Origin: Casimicrobiaceae bacterium
GTDB lineage: Bacteria > Pseudomonadota > Gammaproteobacteria > Burkholderiales > Casimicrobiaceae
Assembly: GCA_035705655.1 (NCBI GenBank)
Contig: DASSVX010000201.1
Span: 1-36,910, forward strand
Direction of reading: 5' to 3'
DNA: 36,910 bases
Both the position numbers and the translations under genes were made by a program. Each line of letters starts with the position of its first letter. The stretch's first letter is position 1. The notes under the pieces are model-generated. The model did not search any database. It was given only the letters and a program-made list of their open reading frames with translations, and was not told the DNA's origin. Shown here in pieces: positions 26,508-34,549 of this stretch.

Positions 26508-26567
26508 CCCACGCACGCTGCGCCCCGGGGGGCTCATCAGTCGTTCGGGGCGGCCCTCCACGACTGA
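26508..26567. repeat. Structured dispersed element, family B, copy 2
   Basis: CCCACGC; CGCTGC-GCCCC/GGGGC stem; TCAGTCGT[TCGGGGCGGCCCTCC]ACGACTGA. Confidence 0.65.
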
Positions 26568-26568
26568 C

Positions 26569-26838
26569 ATGCGCGTGCAGGTTGCCTTCGTCGCCGATGC
26601 GCAGCAGACGCTCGCGACGCTCGATCTGCCGCAAGGCTCACGCGTCAGCGACGCGGTTGCGCAGTCGGGTCTCGGGCTCGTCGACGACGTGAATTGCGGA
26701 CGTCTTGTTTGCGCGATCTTTGGCCGCCGTGCCGATCACGACACGCCGCTTCGCGAAGGTGATCGCGTCGAGATCACGCGCCCGCTCGTGTGCGACCCGA
26801 AGACGGCCCGGCACCGGCGTGCCGCGCAAGGCCGCTGA
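26569..26838 (+). CDS. ratB: RnfH/RatB family ubiquitin-like protein
   Basis: LREGDRVEITRPLVCDPKTARHRRA; follows ratA. Confidence 0.9.
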   Translation: MRVQVAFVADAQQTLATLDLPQGSRVSDAVAQSGLGLVDDVNCGRLVCAIFGRRADHDTPLREGDRVEITRPLVCDPKTARHRRAAQGR

Positions 26839-26846
26839 CGCGCTGC

Positions 26847-27497
26847 CTACTCGCGTGCGCCGACGCGGCGCAGCTCCTTCACCGTATCGCTCTCGTTGCC
26901 GCGCATCGCCCACGCAAGTGCGGTGGCGCCGTCCTGGTTGCGCAGTGAAACGTCGGCGCCGTGCGCGATGAGCAGCCGCGCCGTGTCGGGATGATGCTCG
27001 TGGATGGCCATCATCAGCGCCGTGGTGCCGTTCGGCGACTGCGCGTCGATGTCGGCACCGTGCAGCAGCAGGAAGGTGACGATGTCGTCGTGGCCGCCGG
27101 TTGCCGCGTAGATGAGCGGCGTCCAGCCGCGCCGATTCAGGTCGGCACCCCCCGCCTGCAGCACCCGCACGGTATCGAGATGACCGCGCAGGGCCGCGAG
27201 CATCAGCGGCGTATCGCCGTATGCGTTCGGCGTGTTCGGATGGGCCTTGAACGCGAGCAGCGTCTGCGCCGTCTGCGCGTAGCCGTTGCGCGCCGCGATG
27301 CAGAGCATCGGCTCGCCGCTCGCGGCGACCGAGTCGGCGTCCAGGCCACGGGCGAGAAGCTTCTTCACTTCGTCGACGCGGTCGTTCTCGACCGCGAGCG
27401 CGAGCTCGTCGAGCAGCGGCTCGCCCGCTGCGGCGAGCGGCAGCGCAACGAGCACTGCCGTCGCCAGCACGCGGCGCCGGGTTCGGTCAACCGTCAT
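26847..27497 (-). CDS. Ankyrin repeat protein with an N-terminal signal peptide
   Basis: Repeats GDTPLMLAA, GWTPLIYAA, GTTALMMAI, GATALAWA; N-terminus TRRRVL followed by a hydrophobic stretch. Confidence 0.9.
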   Translation of the reverse strand: MTVDRTRRRVLATAVLVALPLAAAGEPLLDELALAVENDRVDEVKKLLARGLDADSVAASGEPMLCIAARNGYAQTAQTLLAFKAHPNTPNAYGDTPLMLAALRGHLDTVRVLQAGGADLNRRGWTPLIYAATGGHDDIVTFLLLHGADIDAQSPNGTTALMMAIHEHHPDTARLLIAHGADVSLRNQDGATALAWAMRGNESDTVKELRRVGARE

Positions 27498-28263
27498 CGC
27501 GCCCGATGCCGAAGAGGCGGAAGAAATTGTCGGAGGTGGCCTGTGCGATCGCTTCGACCGGCACCTCGCGCAGCGCCGCGATCTCTTCGGCAACGTGACG
27601 CACCCACGCCGGCTGGTTGCGCTTGCCGCGATGCGGCACCGGGGCGAGATACGGGCTGTCGGTCTCGATCAGCATTCGCGACAGCGGCACCCGTTTCGCC
27701 ACGTCCTTCAGCGCGGTTGCATTGCGAAAGGTCACGATCCCGGAGAACGAGATGTAAAAGCCGAGCTCGATCGCGCGCTGCGCGACGTCCCAGGTTTCCG
27801 TGAAGCAGTGCATCACGCCGCCTGCGTCGCCCGCGCGCTCCTCGCGCATGATCGCGATCGTGTCGTCGGCGGCCGCGCGGGTGTGGATGACCAGCGGCCG
27901 GCCGGCCTCGCGTGCCGCCCGGATATGGGTGCGAAAGCGCGCGCGCTGCCATTCGAGGTCACCGCTGCGGCGGAAATAATCGAGGCCCGTCTCGCCGATG
28001 GCGACGACCTTGCGCTCGTGCGCGCGCGCAGCCAGCAGGTCGACACCCGGTTCATCCGAATCCTCGTAGTCCGGATGCACGCCGACGCTGGCATAGAGGT
28101 TCGCGTGCTCGAGCGCAAGCGCGTGCACTGCGGGCCATGCGCCCATCTCCACCCCGATGCAAAGCGCGTGCGTGACGCGGCTCTCGCGCATCGCGTCGAG
28201 CACCTGCGGCAGGTCGTCGCGCAGTTCCGGGAAATCGAGGTGACAGTGCGAATCGACGAACAT
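27487..28263 (-). CDS. TatD family hydrolase (YcfH-like)
   Basis: MFVDSHCHLD, VGVHP, IGETGLDY, HCFT, ETDSPYLAP. Confidence 0.95.
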   Translation of the reverse strand: MFVDSHCHLDFPELRDDLPQVLDAMRESRVTHALCIGVEMGAWPAVHALALEHANLYASVGVHPDYEDSDEPGVDLLAARAHERKVVAIGETGLDYFRRSGDLEWQRARFRTHIRAAREAGRPLVIHTRAAADDTIAIMREERAGDAGGVMHCFTETWDVAQRAIELGFYISFSGIVTFRNATALKDVAKRVPLSRMLIETDSPYLAPVPHRGKRNQPAWVRHVAEEIAALREVPVEAIAQATSDNFFRLFGIGRDDG

Positions 28264-28264
28264 G

Positions 28265-28364
28265 TCAGGAGCCAGAAGTCGGAAGTCAGAGAACGGCGCG
28301 CCCGTGGCGGCGCTCGGCTCGGCGCGCCTTGGCTGACTTCTGTCCTCTGACTTCTGACTGCTGA
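28265..28364. repeat. Inverted arrays of a degenerate heptamer, (TCAGAAG)n / (CTGACTT)n
   Basis: TCAGGAG CCAGAAG TCGGAAG TCAGAGA (28265-28292) faces CTGACTT CTGTCCT CTGACTT CTGACTG CTGA (28333-28364). Confidence 0.75.
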
Positions 28365-28367
28365 TGC

Positions 28368-28742
28368 CTACATCGTATGCGTTGCGCGCGTCGAGGCGAG
28401 GTGCTCGCCGAGGATGCGCTCGATCGTTGCCTTCGCCGCCGCCCCCGTATCGTCGAGCGTGAACTGCACGCCGATGCCTTGCGTGCGGTTGCCCTGACCG
28501 CCGTCGGGCGTGATCCAGACGACCTTGCCCTGCACGGCGATGCGGTTCGGGTCGTCCATCAGCGACAGCAGCATGAATACTTCCTCGCCCAGCGTGTACG
28601 GCCGCGACGTGGGAATGAAGATGCCGCCACCCTTGAGGAACGGCATGTACGCGGCGTAGAGCGCCGCCTTTTCGCGAATGTTGAGCGACAGCACGCCCGG
28701 GCGGGCAAGTGCCGGTGTCGGTCCAGGAATCTTGTCGGCCAT
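28368..28742 (-). CDS. pilZ: Type IV pilus assembly protein PilZ (stand-alone type)
   Basis: LSLNIREKAALYAAYMPFLKGGGIFIPT, VVWITP, C-terminal THTM; lies between holB and tatD. Confidence 0.93.
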   Translation of the reverse strand: MADKIPGPTPALARPGVLSLNIREKAALYAAYMPFLKGGGIFIPTSRPYTLGEEVFMLLSLMDDPNRIAVQGKVVWITPDGGQGNRTQGIGVQFTLDDTGAAAKATIERILGEHLASTRATHTM

Positions 28743-28744
28743 GG

Positions 28745-29782
28745 TCACCCAAACAATGCGCGGTAATCGATCATGAGCGCCTCGGCCACGAGACGCGGTG
28801 ACAGCGGATGCGCAAGCAGCGCCCGCTGGCGGAGCAGTTGCCGATGATATCGAAAGAGCGCGGGCGGTGCCACCGCACACGCGAGCTCGCGCAGCGCGGC
28901 TTCGAACGCCACGTTCTCCAACGGCTGGCCCCCGGCATGCACGCACGCAAGATCGGCGCACCACCCGAGCAGCCAGTCGATCACCCCTGCGAGCCGGTCC
29001 TTCCGCTGGTCGCGCGGGCCGGCGTCGATTCTCGCTCCCATCCCGGCGACTTCGAGCGTAGCCGGTGCAGCGAACGCGCGTATCCACGCGCTTCGCTCGC
29101 CCTGATAGGCGCGATCGGCCAGCGCGAGCGCACGAAGCGGCGCACCGTGCGCCTGCGCGAGCGCCGCGTCGGGATCGTCCGTGCCCTGCTGCACCAGCCA
29201 CGCACGGGCCTGCGCACGCGTCGGGCGGGGTGCGACGATGCGCTGGCAGCGGCTCGCGATCGTCGCCGGCAGCCGTCCGGGTAAATGCGAAACGAGCAGC
29301 AGGCAGGTGCCGTCGGGCGGCTCCTCGAGCGTCTTCAGCAGCGCGTTGGCCGCGGCTTCATTCATCCGCTCGGCCGGCACGATGAGCGCCACCTTCGCGC
29401 CACCGCGGTGACTCGTGATGGCGGCCCAGCGCGTGAGCGCGCGAATGCGGTCCACCGGGATCCATTCGACGATTTTCGCGTCGCCGTCGTCGTCGAGCTC
29501 GACGGGCTCGACCGTCCGCAGATCGGGATGCTGCCCCGCCGCCACGTAGCGGCAGCCTGCGCACTCCGCGCACGCCGCACCGCCGGCGAGCGGCGATTCG
29601 CAGAGCAGCGCTCCAGCGAGCGCTTGCGCGAGCATCCGCTTGCCGATGCCCACCGGACCGGTCACGAGCAGCGCATGCGGCCACTGCGCGCGACGCGACA
29701 GCAGCGAGGCGACGACGTCGCGCTGCCACGGCAGTGGTGCCCGCGCAGGCTCGGCCGGCCGGCCTTCGCCGTCGCGCGTCAT
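28745..29782 (-). CDS. holB: DNA polymerase III delta' subunit
   Basis: LPWQ, HALL, CAECAGC, HPDL, ANALLKTLEEP, TIASRCQ. Confidence 0.95.
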   Translation of the reverse strand: MTRDGEGRPAEPARAPLPWQRDVVASLLSRRAQWPHALLVTGPVGIGKRMLAQALAGALLCESPLAGGAACAECAGCRYVAAGQHPDLRTVEPVELDDDGDAKIVEWIPVDRIRALTRWAAITSHRGGAKVALIVPAERMNEAAANALLKTLEEPPDGTCLLLVSHLPGRLPATIASRCQRIVAPRPTRAQARAWLVQQGTDDPDAALAQAHGAPLRALALADRAYQGERSAWIRAFAAPATLEVAGMGARIDAGPRDQRKDRLAGVIDWLLGWCADLACVHAGGQPLENVAFEAALRELACAVAPPALFRYHRQLLRQRALLAHPLSPRLVAEALMIDYRALFG

Positions 29783-30411
29783 AGCGTGTCGACGATGCTG
29801 CAAAGCTCGGCGCGCACTTCGGCCACCGGGCGGGTCGAGTCGATGATGCGAAAGCGCGCAGGCTCGGCAGCGGCGCGCGCGAGATAGCCGTCTCGCACCC
29901 GCCCGAAGAAGCTCGCGGTTTCGCGCTCGAACTTGTCCGCGGCCTTGCCCTTCGCATGCATGCGCGCCAGCCGCTCGCGCGAGACCTCGCTCGGAACGTC
30001 GAAGAGCAGCGTCAACTCGGGATTGCACTGGCCATGCACCCACGCGGCGAGTGCGTCGATCATCGCGAGCGACACGCCGTGACCGGCGCCCTGGTATGCA
30101 TACGTGGCATCGGTGAAGCGATCGCACAGCACGATATCGCCGCGCGCGAGCGCGGGCTCGATGACCTGTTCGACGTGCTCCCGGCGCGCCGCGAACATCA
30201 GCAACGCCTCGGCGTCGTGTGACAGCGCCCGGTGGAGCAACCACTCGCGTATCGCTTCACCGGCCGAGGTGCCGCCGGGCTCGCGCGTGGCGACGACGCG
30301 TTTGCCGCGGGCGACGAGCGTCTCGGCGAGAAAGCGCGCGTGCGTGCTTTTGCCCGCGCCGTCGATGCCTTCGAGCGTGATGAAGCGGCCGCGGGGACGT
30401 TGATCGGGCAA
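29779..30411 (-). CDS. tmk: Thymidylate kinase
   Basis: FITLEGIDGAGKST, TREPGG, CDRFTDATYAYQG; TTG start at 30411 inferred. Confidence 0.95.
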   Translation of the reverse strand: MPDQRPRGRFITLEGIDGAGKSTHARFLAETLVARGKRVVATREPGGTSAGEAIREWLLHRALSHDAEALLMFAARREHVEQVIEPALARGDIVLCDRFTDATYAYQGAGHGVSLAMIDALAAWVHGQCNPELTLLFDVPSEVSRERLARMHAKGKAADKFERETASFFGRVRDGYLARAAAEPARFRIIDSTRPVAEVRAELCSIVDTL

Positions 30412-30455
30412 GAGTCTGTTCGGCGAAGGGACCGGCCTGCGGTGACGATCTGCGG

Positions 30456-31460
30456 TCAGCGGCCGCCGCGCTGGTATTTTGACACGGCGCGATTGTGCTC
30501 GATCAGGTTGGCCGAGAACTGCGATGTGCCGTCGCCGCGCGAAACGAAGTACAGATACGGCGTCGCCGGCGGATTGACGACGACGTCGAGCGACGCCTGC
30601 GACGGGAGCGCGATCGGCGTGGGCGGCAGCCCCGTGCGCACGTACGTGTTGTACGGCGAATCGGCTTCGAGGTCGCGCTTGCGCAGATTGCCGTCGAAGT
30701 GCGCCCCGATGCCATAGATGACCGCGGGATCCGTCTGCAGGCGCATGCCGCGCGCGAGCCGATTGACGAACACCGAGGCGATCAGCGGCCGATCCTGCGC
30801 ATGGCCGGTCTCCTTTTCCACGAGGGACGCCAGGATCAGTGCGTCGTAGGGCGAAGCGAGCGGCAGGTCGGGCGCGCGGTGCGACCATGCGGCGTCGAGC
30901 CTTGCGTGCAGCGCGCGATAGGCGCGCTTCAGCACCGCGATGTCGCTCGTGCCGGCGGCGAAGTAATACGTGTCGGGAAAGAACAGGCCTTCGGGCGCAG
31001 GCTCGGTCGCGCCGAGGCGGGCGAGCAGTTCCGCATCGGAGAGCCCGTCGGTCTGGTGCGCGACATCCGGGTTGTCGTCCAGTGCGCGCTTCAGCTGTCC
31101 GAACGTCGTGCCCTCGACGATCGTGATCGCGGTCTGCGTCACGTCGCCCTGCGTGAGCTTCGCGAGCAACCGCGGGAGCGTGATCCCCTGCTCGATCTCG
31201 TAGCTGCCCGCCTTGATCGTGCGGTCGACGTGCATCACCCGTGCAAGCGCAGTCAGCGCGATCGCATGCGGCACGACGCCCGCCGCGTGCAGCGATCGCG
31301 CGACGCTCGCAAGCGATGCGCCGCTGCGAACCTCGAAGTCGAACGGCGTGTGCGGCAGCGCGAGCGGCTTGCGGTACAACGCGACGCCGATCGCCGCCGC
31401 CACCACCAGCGAAGCGACGAGCAGCAGGACGACGACGGTTGCGACACGGGACTTGCGCAT
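30456..31460 (-). CDS. mltG: Endolytic transglycosylase MltG
   Basis: N-terminal TM, EGLFFPDTY, LASLVEKET, LQTDPAVIY, SPYNTY-GLPPTPI. Confidence 0.95.
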   Translation of the reverse strand: MRKSRVATVVVLLLVASLVVAAAIGVALYRKPLALPHTPFDFEVRSGASLASVARSLHAAGVVPHAIALTALARVMHVDRTIKAGSYEIEQGITLPRLLAKLTQGDVTQTAITIVEGTTFGQLKRALDDNPDVAHQTDGLSDAELLARLGATEPAPEGLFFPDTYYFAAGTSDIAVLKRAYRALHARLDAAWSHRAPDLPLASPYDALILASLVEKETGHAQDRPLIASVFVNRLARGMRLQTDPAVIYGIGAHFDGNLRKRDLEADSPYNTYVRTGLPPTPIALPSQASLDVVVNPPATPYLYFVSRGDGTSQFSANLIEHNRAVSKYQRGGR

Positions 31461-31542
31461 GCCGATCGAATGGCGCGTGGATGGCGCGAAGCGCCCACGG
31501 GCGGCGCATCGCGCGTTTGACATGGCCGATTATAATGGGCCG

Positions 31543-32034
31543 ATGATTGCACTCGCGCCGCACCGCTCGCTCCGCGACCGCGTCGGCCTGCACCGCTGCC
31601 GCGCGCCCGGCCGCGAGCGCGCACGGGGCTTCACGCTGATCGAGATCATGGTGGTGATCGTGATCCTCGGCGTGCTCGCCGCTCTCGTCGTGCCGAGCGT
31701 CCTGTCGCGCACCGACGATGCCCGGATCGTCGCGGCGAAGACCGATCTCGGCGCGATCCGGCAGGCACTGAAGCTCTACCGGCTCGACAATCAGCGCTAC
31801 CCCACGACCGAGCAGGGTCTCACGGCACTGGCGACAAAACCAACCGAGCCGCCGGTGCCGCCGAACTGGAAACCGGGCGGCTATCTCGAAAAGGTTCCGC
31901 TCGATCCCTGGGGCCGCAGCTACCAATACCTGAATCCCGGGCTCAAGAGCGACGTCGACGTGTTCACGTACGGCGCCGACGGCGCACCCGGCGGCACGGG
32001 TGCCGACGCCGACATCGGTTCGTGGGACCTCTAA
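31543..32034 (+). CDS. gspG: T2SS major pseudopilin
   Basis: G/FTLIEIMVVIVILG, YRLDNQRYPTTEQGL, DPWG; start approximate. Confidence 0.96.
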   Translation: MIALAPHRSLRDRVGLHRCRAPGRERARGFTLIEIMVVIVILGVLAALVVPSVLSRTDDARIVAAKTDLGAIRQALKLYRLDNQRYPTTEQGLTALATKPTEPPVPPNWKPGGYLEKVPLDPWGRSYQYLNPGLKSDVDVFTYGADGAPGGTGADADIGSWDL

Positions 32035-32100
32035 GACGGTTGGGATGCCTTTCCCGAAGCGATTCGTCGGGCCTGGATCGTCGCGTGCCGGAATGCATCC

Positions 32101-32607
32101 GTGACGCCCGTTTCGCCGACCTCGCGAACCGGCGGCTTCACGCTCGTCGAGATCCTCGTCGTCATTGTCATCCTCGGGATCGTCGCGGGGATTTCGATCG
32201 CGCTCGTCGAACCCGGCGAGCGCGACGCTTCGGCGCGCGAGGCGCGCAGCTTCGCCGGCGCGCTTGAATATGCGGCGGCGCGCGCGCAATGGCGAAACGA
32301 GATGCTCGGCGTATCGGCGGACGGTCGCGTCCTTCGCTACTGGCGCCGCGATGCCGCGAACGACCGCTGGGTCGTGCTCGGCGACGACGACGTCCTTCGT
32401 GCGCACGCGCTGGCTGCGCCGGTCGAGGGCATGGCACTCGCCTACGCCGGGCGCAGCGTCGCGTCGAACGCCATCGTGCCGTTGCGCGCATCCGGACGCA
32501 ACGAGCCGTTCGCCTTCGCGCTCGCGACGCCGCGCTTTCGCACGGTCATCGCACTCGATCCGTTGAACCGCGCGTCGATCGCCGGCCCCGACCCGAACGG
32601 CTCGTGA
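32101..32607 (+). CDS. gspH: T2SS minor pseudopilin H
   Basis: G/FTLVEILVV prepilin motif; position after gspG. Confidence 0.82.
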   Translation: MTPVSPTSRTGGFTLVEILVVIVILGIVAGISIALVEPGERDASAREARSFAGALEYAAARAQWRNEMLGVSADGRVLRYWRRDAANDRWVVLGDDDVLRAHALAAPVEGMALAYAGRSVASNAIVPLRASGRNEPFAFALATPRFRTVIALDPLNRASIAGPDPNGS

Positions 32608-32978
32608 TGCGCCGCGCTCGCGCGTTCACGCTGATCGAAGTGCTGGTCGCGCTCGCCATCCTTGCCGTCGCGCTGAGCGCCGGCATGCGCGCGGTGGCGC
32701 AAAGCGCGGACGGTGCAACGTCGCTCAAGATGCGCACGCTCGCGCTTTGGGTCGCGCAGAACCGGCTCGCACAGGCGCAGCTTGCCGATCCGTGGCCCGC
32801 GCGCGGGGTCGCCAGCGGCGACGAGACGCAGGCGGGCACCCGTCTCGCGTGGCGCGAGACGGTGAGCGATACGCCCAATCCCGCTTTCCGCAGGATCGAG
32901 ATCGTCGTTTCCGAGCCTGGCGTGCCCGACTACGCACTCGCCCGGCTGGTGGGCTACCTCGGCAATGCGCATCGCTGA
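32607..32978 (+). CDS. gspI: T2SS minor pseudopilin I
   Basis: A/FTLIEVLVALAILAV, ALWVAQNRL, TPNPAFRRIEI. Confidence 0.9.
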   Translation: MRRARAFTLIEVLVALAILAVALSAGMRAVAQSADGATSLKMRTLALWVAQNRLAQAQLADPWPARGVASGDETQAGTRLAWRETVSDTPNPAFRRIEIVVSEPGVPDYALARLVGYLGNAHR

Positions 32979-33564
32979 GCGGCGCGCGCGCGGCTTCACG
33001 CTGGTCGAGGCGCTCGTCGCTGTCGCGATCCTTGCGATCGTCGCGACGATCGCGTGGCGCGCGACGGCGGCCATGACCGACAGCGAAGCGCGCCTTGCGA
33101 GCGAAAGCGCGCGCTGGCGCCGGCTCGACGCGCTCATGACGCGGATGGAAGCGGACATGCGCAAGGCGATTCCGCGCAGCGCCCGCCACGGTGGCATCGT
33201 GGAGCCGGCATGGTTGGCGGGCCCAGCCGACGCCGCGGGCAACACGGCGCTCGTCTTCACGCGCGCCGGTCCCGATGCGATCGACGAGCCGGGCAGCGGC
33301 GGGCAGCGCGTCGGTTATCGGCTGCGCGACGGCCGCATCGAGCTCCTGTACTGGCCACGACTCGACAACGTCGCGACGCGCGACCCGGCCGCGTATGCGC
33401 TCGTCGACGGTGTCACGCGCTTTCACTTGCTGCAACTCGGCGCGGACGAGCGCTGGACCGACCGCTGGCCGCCTTCGGGCGTCGACGGCGTCCCGCGTGG
33501 CGTTCGCGTCGACATCGAGCTCGCCGACGGCAGCGTCGTCGAGCGCTGGCTAGCGCTGCAATGA
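32965..33564 (+). CDS. gspJ: T2SS minor pseudopilin J
   Basis: G/FTLVEALVAVAI, QRVGYRLRDG, YWPRLD, PRGVRV. Confidence 0.9.
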   Translation: MRIAERRARGFTLVEALVAVAILAIVATIAWRATAAMTDSEARLASESARWRRLDALMTRMEADMRKAIPRSARHGGIVEPAWLAGPADAAGNTALVFTRAGPDAIDEPGSGGQRVGYRLRDGRIELLYWPRLDNVATRDPAAYALVDGVTRFHLLQLGADERWTDRWPPSGVDGVPRGVRVDIELADGSVVERWLALQ

Positions 33565-34496
33565 AACCCGCGTCGCTTTCGCGGCCCCTCGCGTCGTCCG
33601 TGCGACAGCAGGGTCTCGCCCTGATCATCGCGATGCTGATTGCAGCACTCGCCGCCGCCGTTGCGGTATCCGTCGCAACGGCGCAGTCGCAGTGGCTCGC
33701 ACAGGTCGACCATCGGCGCGATCAGGTCGAGGCGCAGTCCATCGCCCTCGCCGGCGTTCAGTGGGCTCGCGCGATCGTCGACGCCGATGCGCGCGGCATC
33801 GATCACCTTGGCGAGCCGTGGGCGCTGCCGCTGCCCGCGACACCCGTCGAGAACGGCGAGGTCGAAGGCCGAATCGTCGATGCGCAGGCGATGCTCAACG
33901 TGAACAATCTCGCGGGTGCACAGCATGGAGCGCTCGAGCGTCGGCGCTTCACCCGCCTCTTCGCCACGCTCGGGATACCGGACACGACGCTTGCGTCGAT
34001 CGTCGATTGGGTCGACGCGGACGACGTCCCGCAACAAGGTGGCGCCGAGGATGCGTGGTACGCGGGCGAAGCGGATCCGTCGCTCGCGGCGAATGGGCCC
34101 GCGACCCGGATCGAGGAACTGGCGCTCGTGCGCACAATGACCGCGCAAGCCCTTGCGCGCATCGTGCCGTTCGTGACGAGCCTGCCGCCCGACACGCCGG
34201 TCAACGTCAACACCGCGGCGCCCGAGGTGCTCGCGGCGCTGCTGGATGGCATCGACGGCGGCGCACTTGCGGCACTCGTGGCGAGCCGTCACGACCATCC
34301 GTTCGCGTCGCAGGAAGACTTTCGGGGGCGGCTTCCCACCGGCGTCACGGTGATCGACCCGGACCTGATCGCAGTTTCCACCGGCTATTTTTTCGTGACC
34401 GTTCGCGCGCGGCAGGGAGAAACGATCGCGCAGGCACGTGCGCTGATCCACCGCGACAACGCGTCTTCGGCAATCGTCTGGCAAACGATCGAGTAG
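33561..34496 (+). CDS. gspK: T2SS minor pseudopilin K
   Basis: G/LALII lacking E5 (typical of GspK), DHLGEPWA, DWVDAD, VNVNTA. Confidence 0.92.
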   Translation: MKPASLSRPLASSVRQQGLALIIAMLIAALAAAVAVSVATAQSQWLAQVDHRRDQVEAQSIALAGVQWARAIVDADARGIDHLGEPWALPLPATPVENGEVEGRIVDAQAMLNVNNLAGAQHGALERRRFTRLFATLGIPDTTLASIVDWVDADDVPQQGGAEDAWYAGEADPSLAANGPATRIEELALVRTMTAQALARIVPFVTSLPPDTPVNVNTAAPEVLAALLDGIDGGALAALVASRHDHPFASQEDFRGRLPTGVTVIDPDLIAVSTGYFFVTVRARQGETIAQARALIHRDNASSAIVWQTIE

Positions 34497-34549
34497 CAAG
34501 CGTCACGGCGTTCGTCCGTTGCGCCGCACGTTCCCGTAAACTCCCGGCG

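Noticed and set aside
26066-26838. ratA-ratB as a toxin-antitoxin or defence module
   Set aside because: A conserved core pair beside smpB; RatA/PasT is a Coq10-like ubiquinone-related protein, and there is no mobile context.
27487-28752. PilZ-TatD frameshift fusion (tatD frame is open across pilZ)
   Set aside because: No slippery site seen; pilZ ends at its normal THTM-stop and tatD has a canonical start.
31517-31536. Perfect TTGACA plus TATAAT as a single promoter
   Set aside because: The spacing is only 8 bp, incompatible with sigma70.
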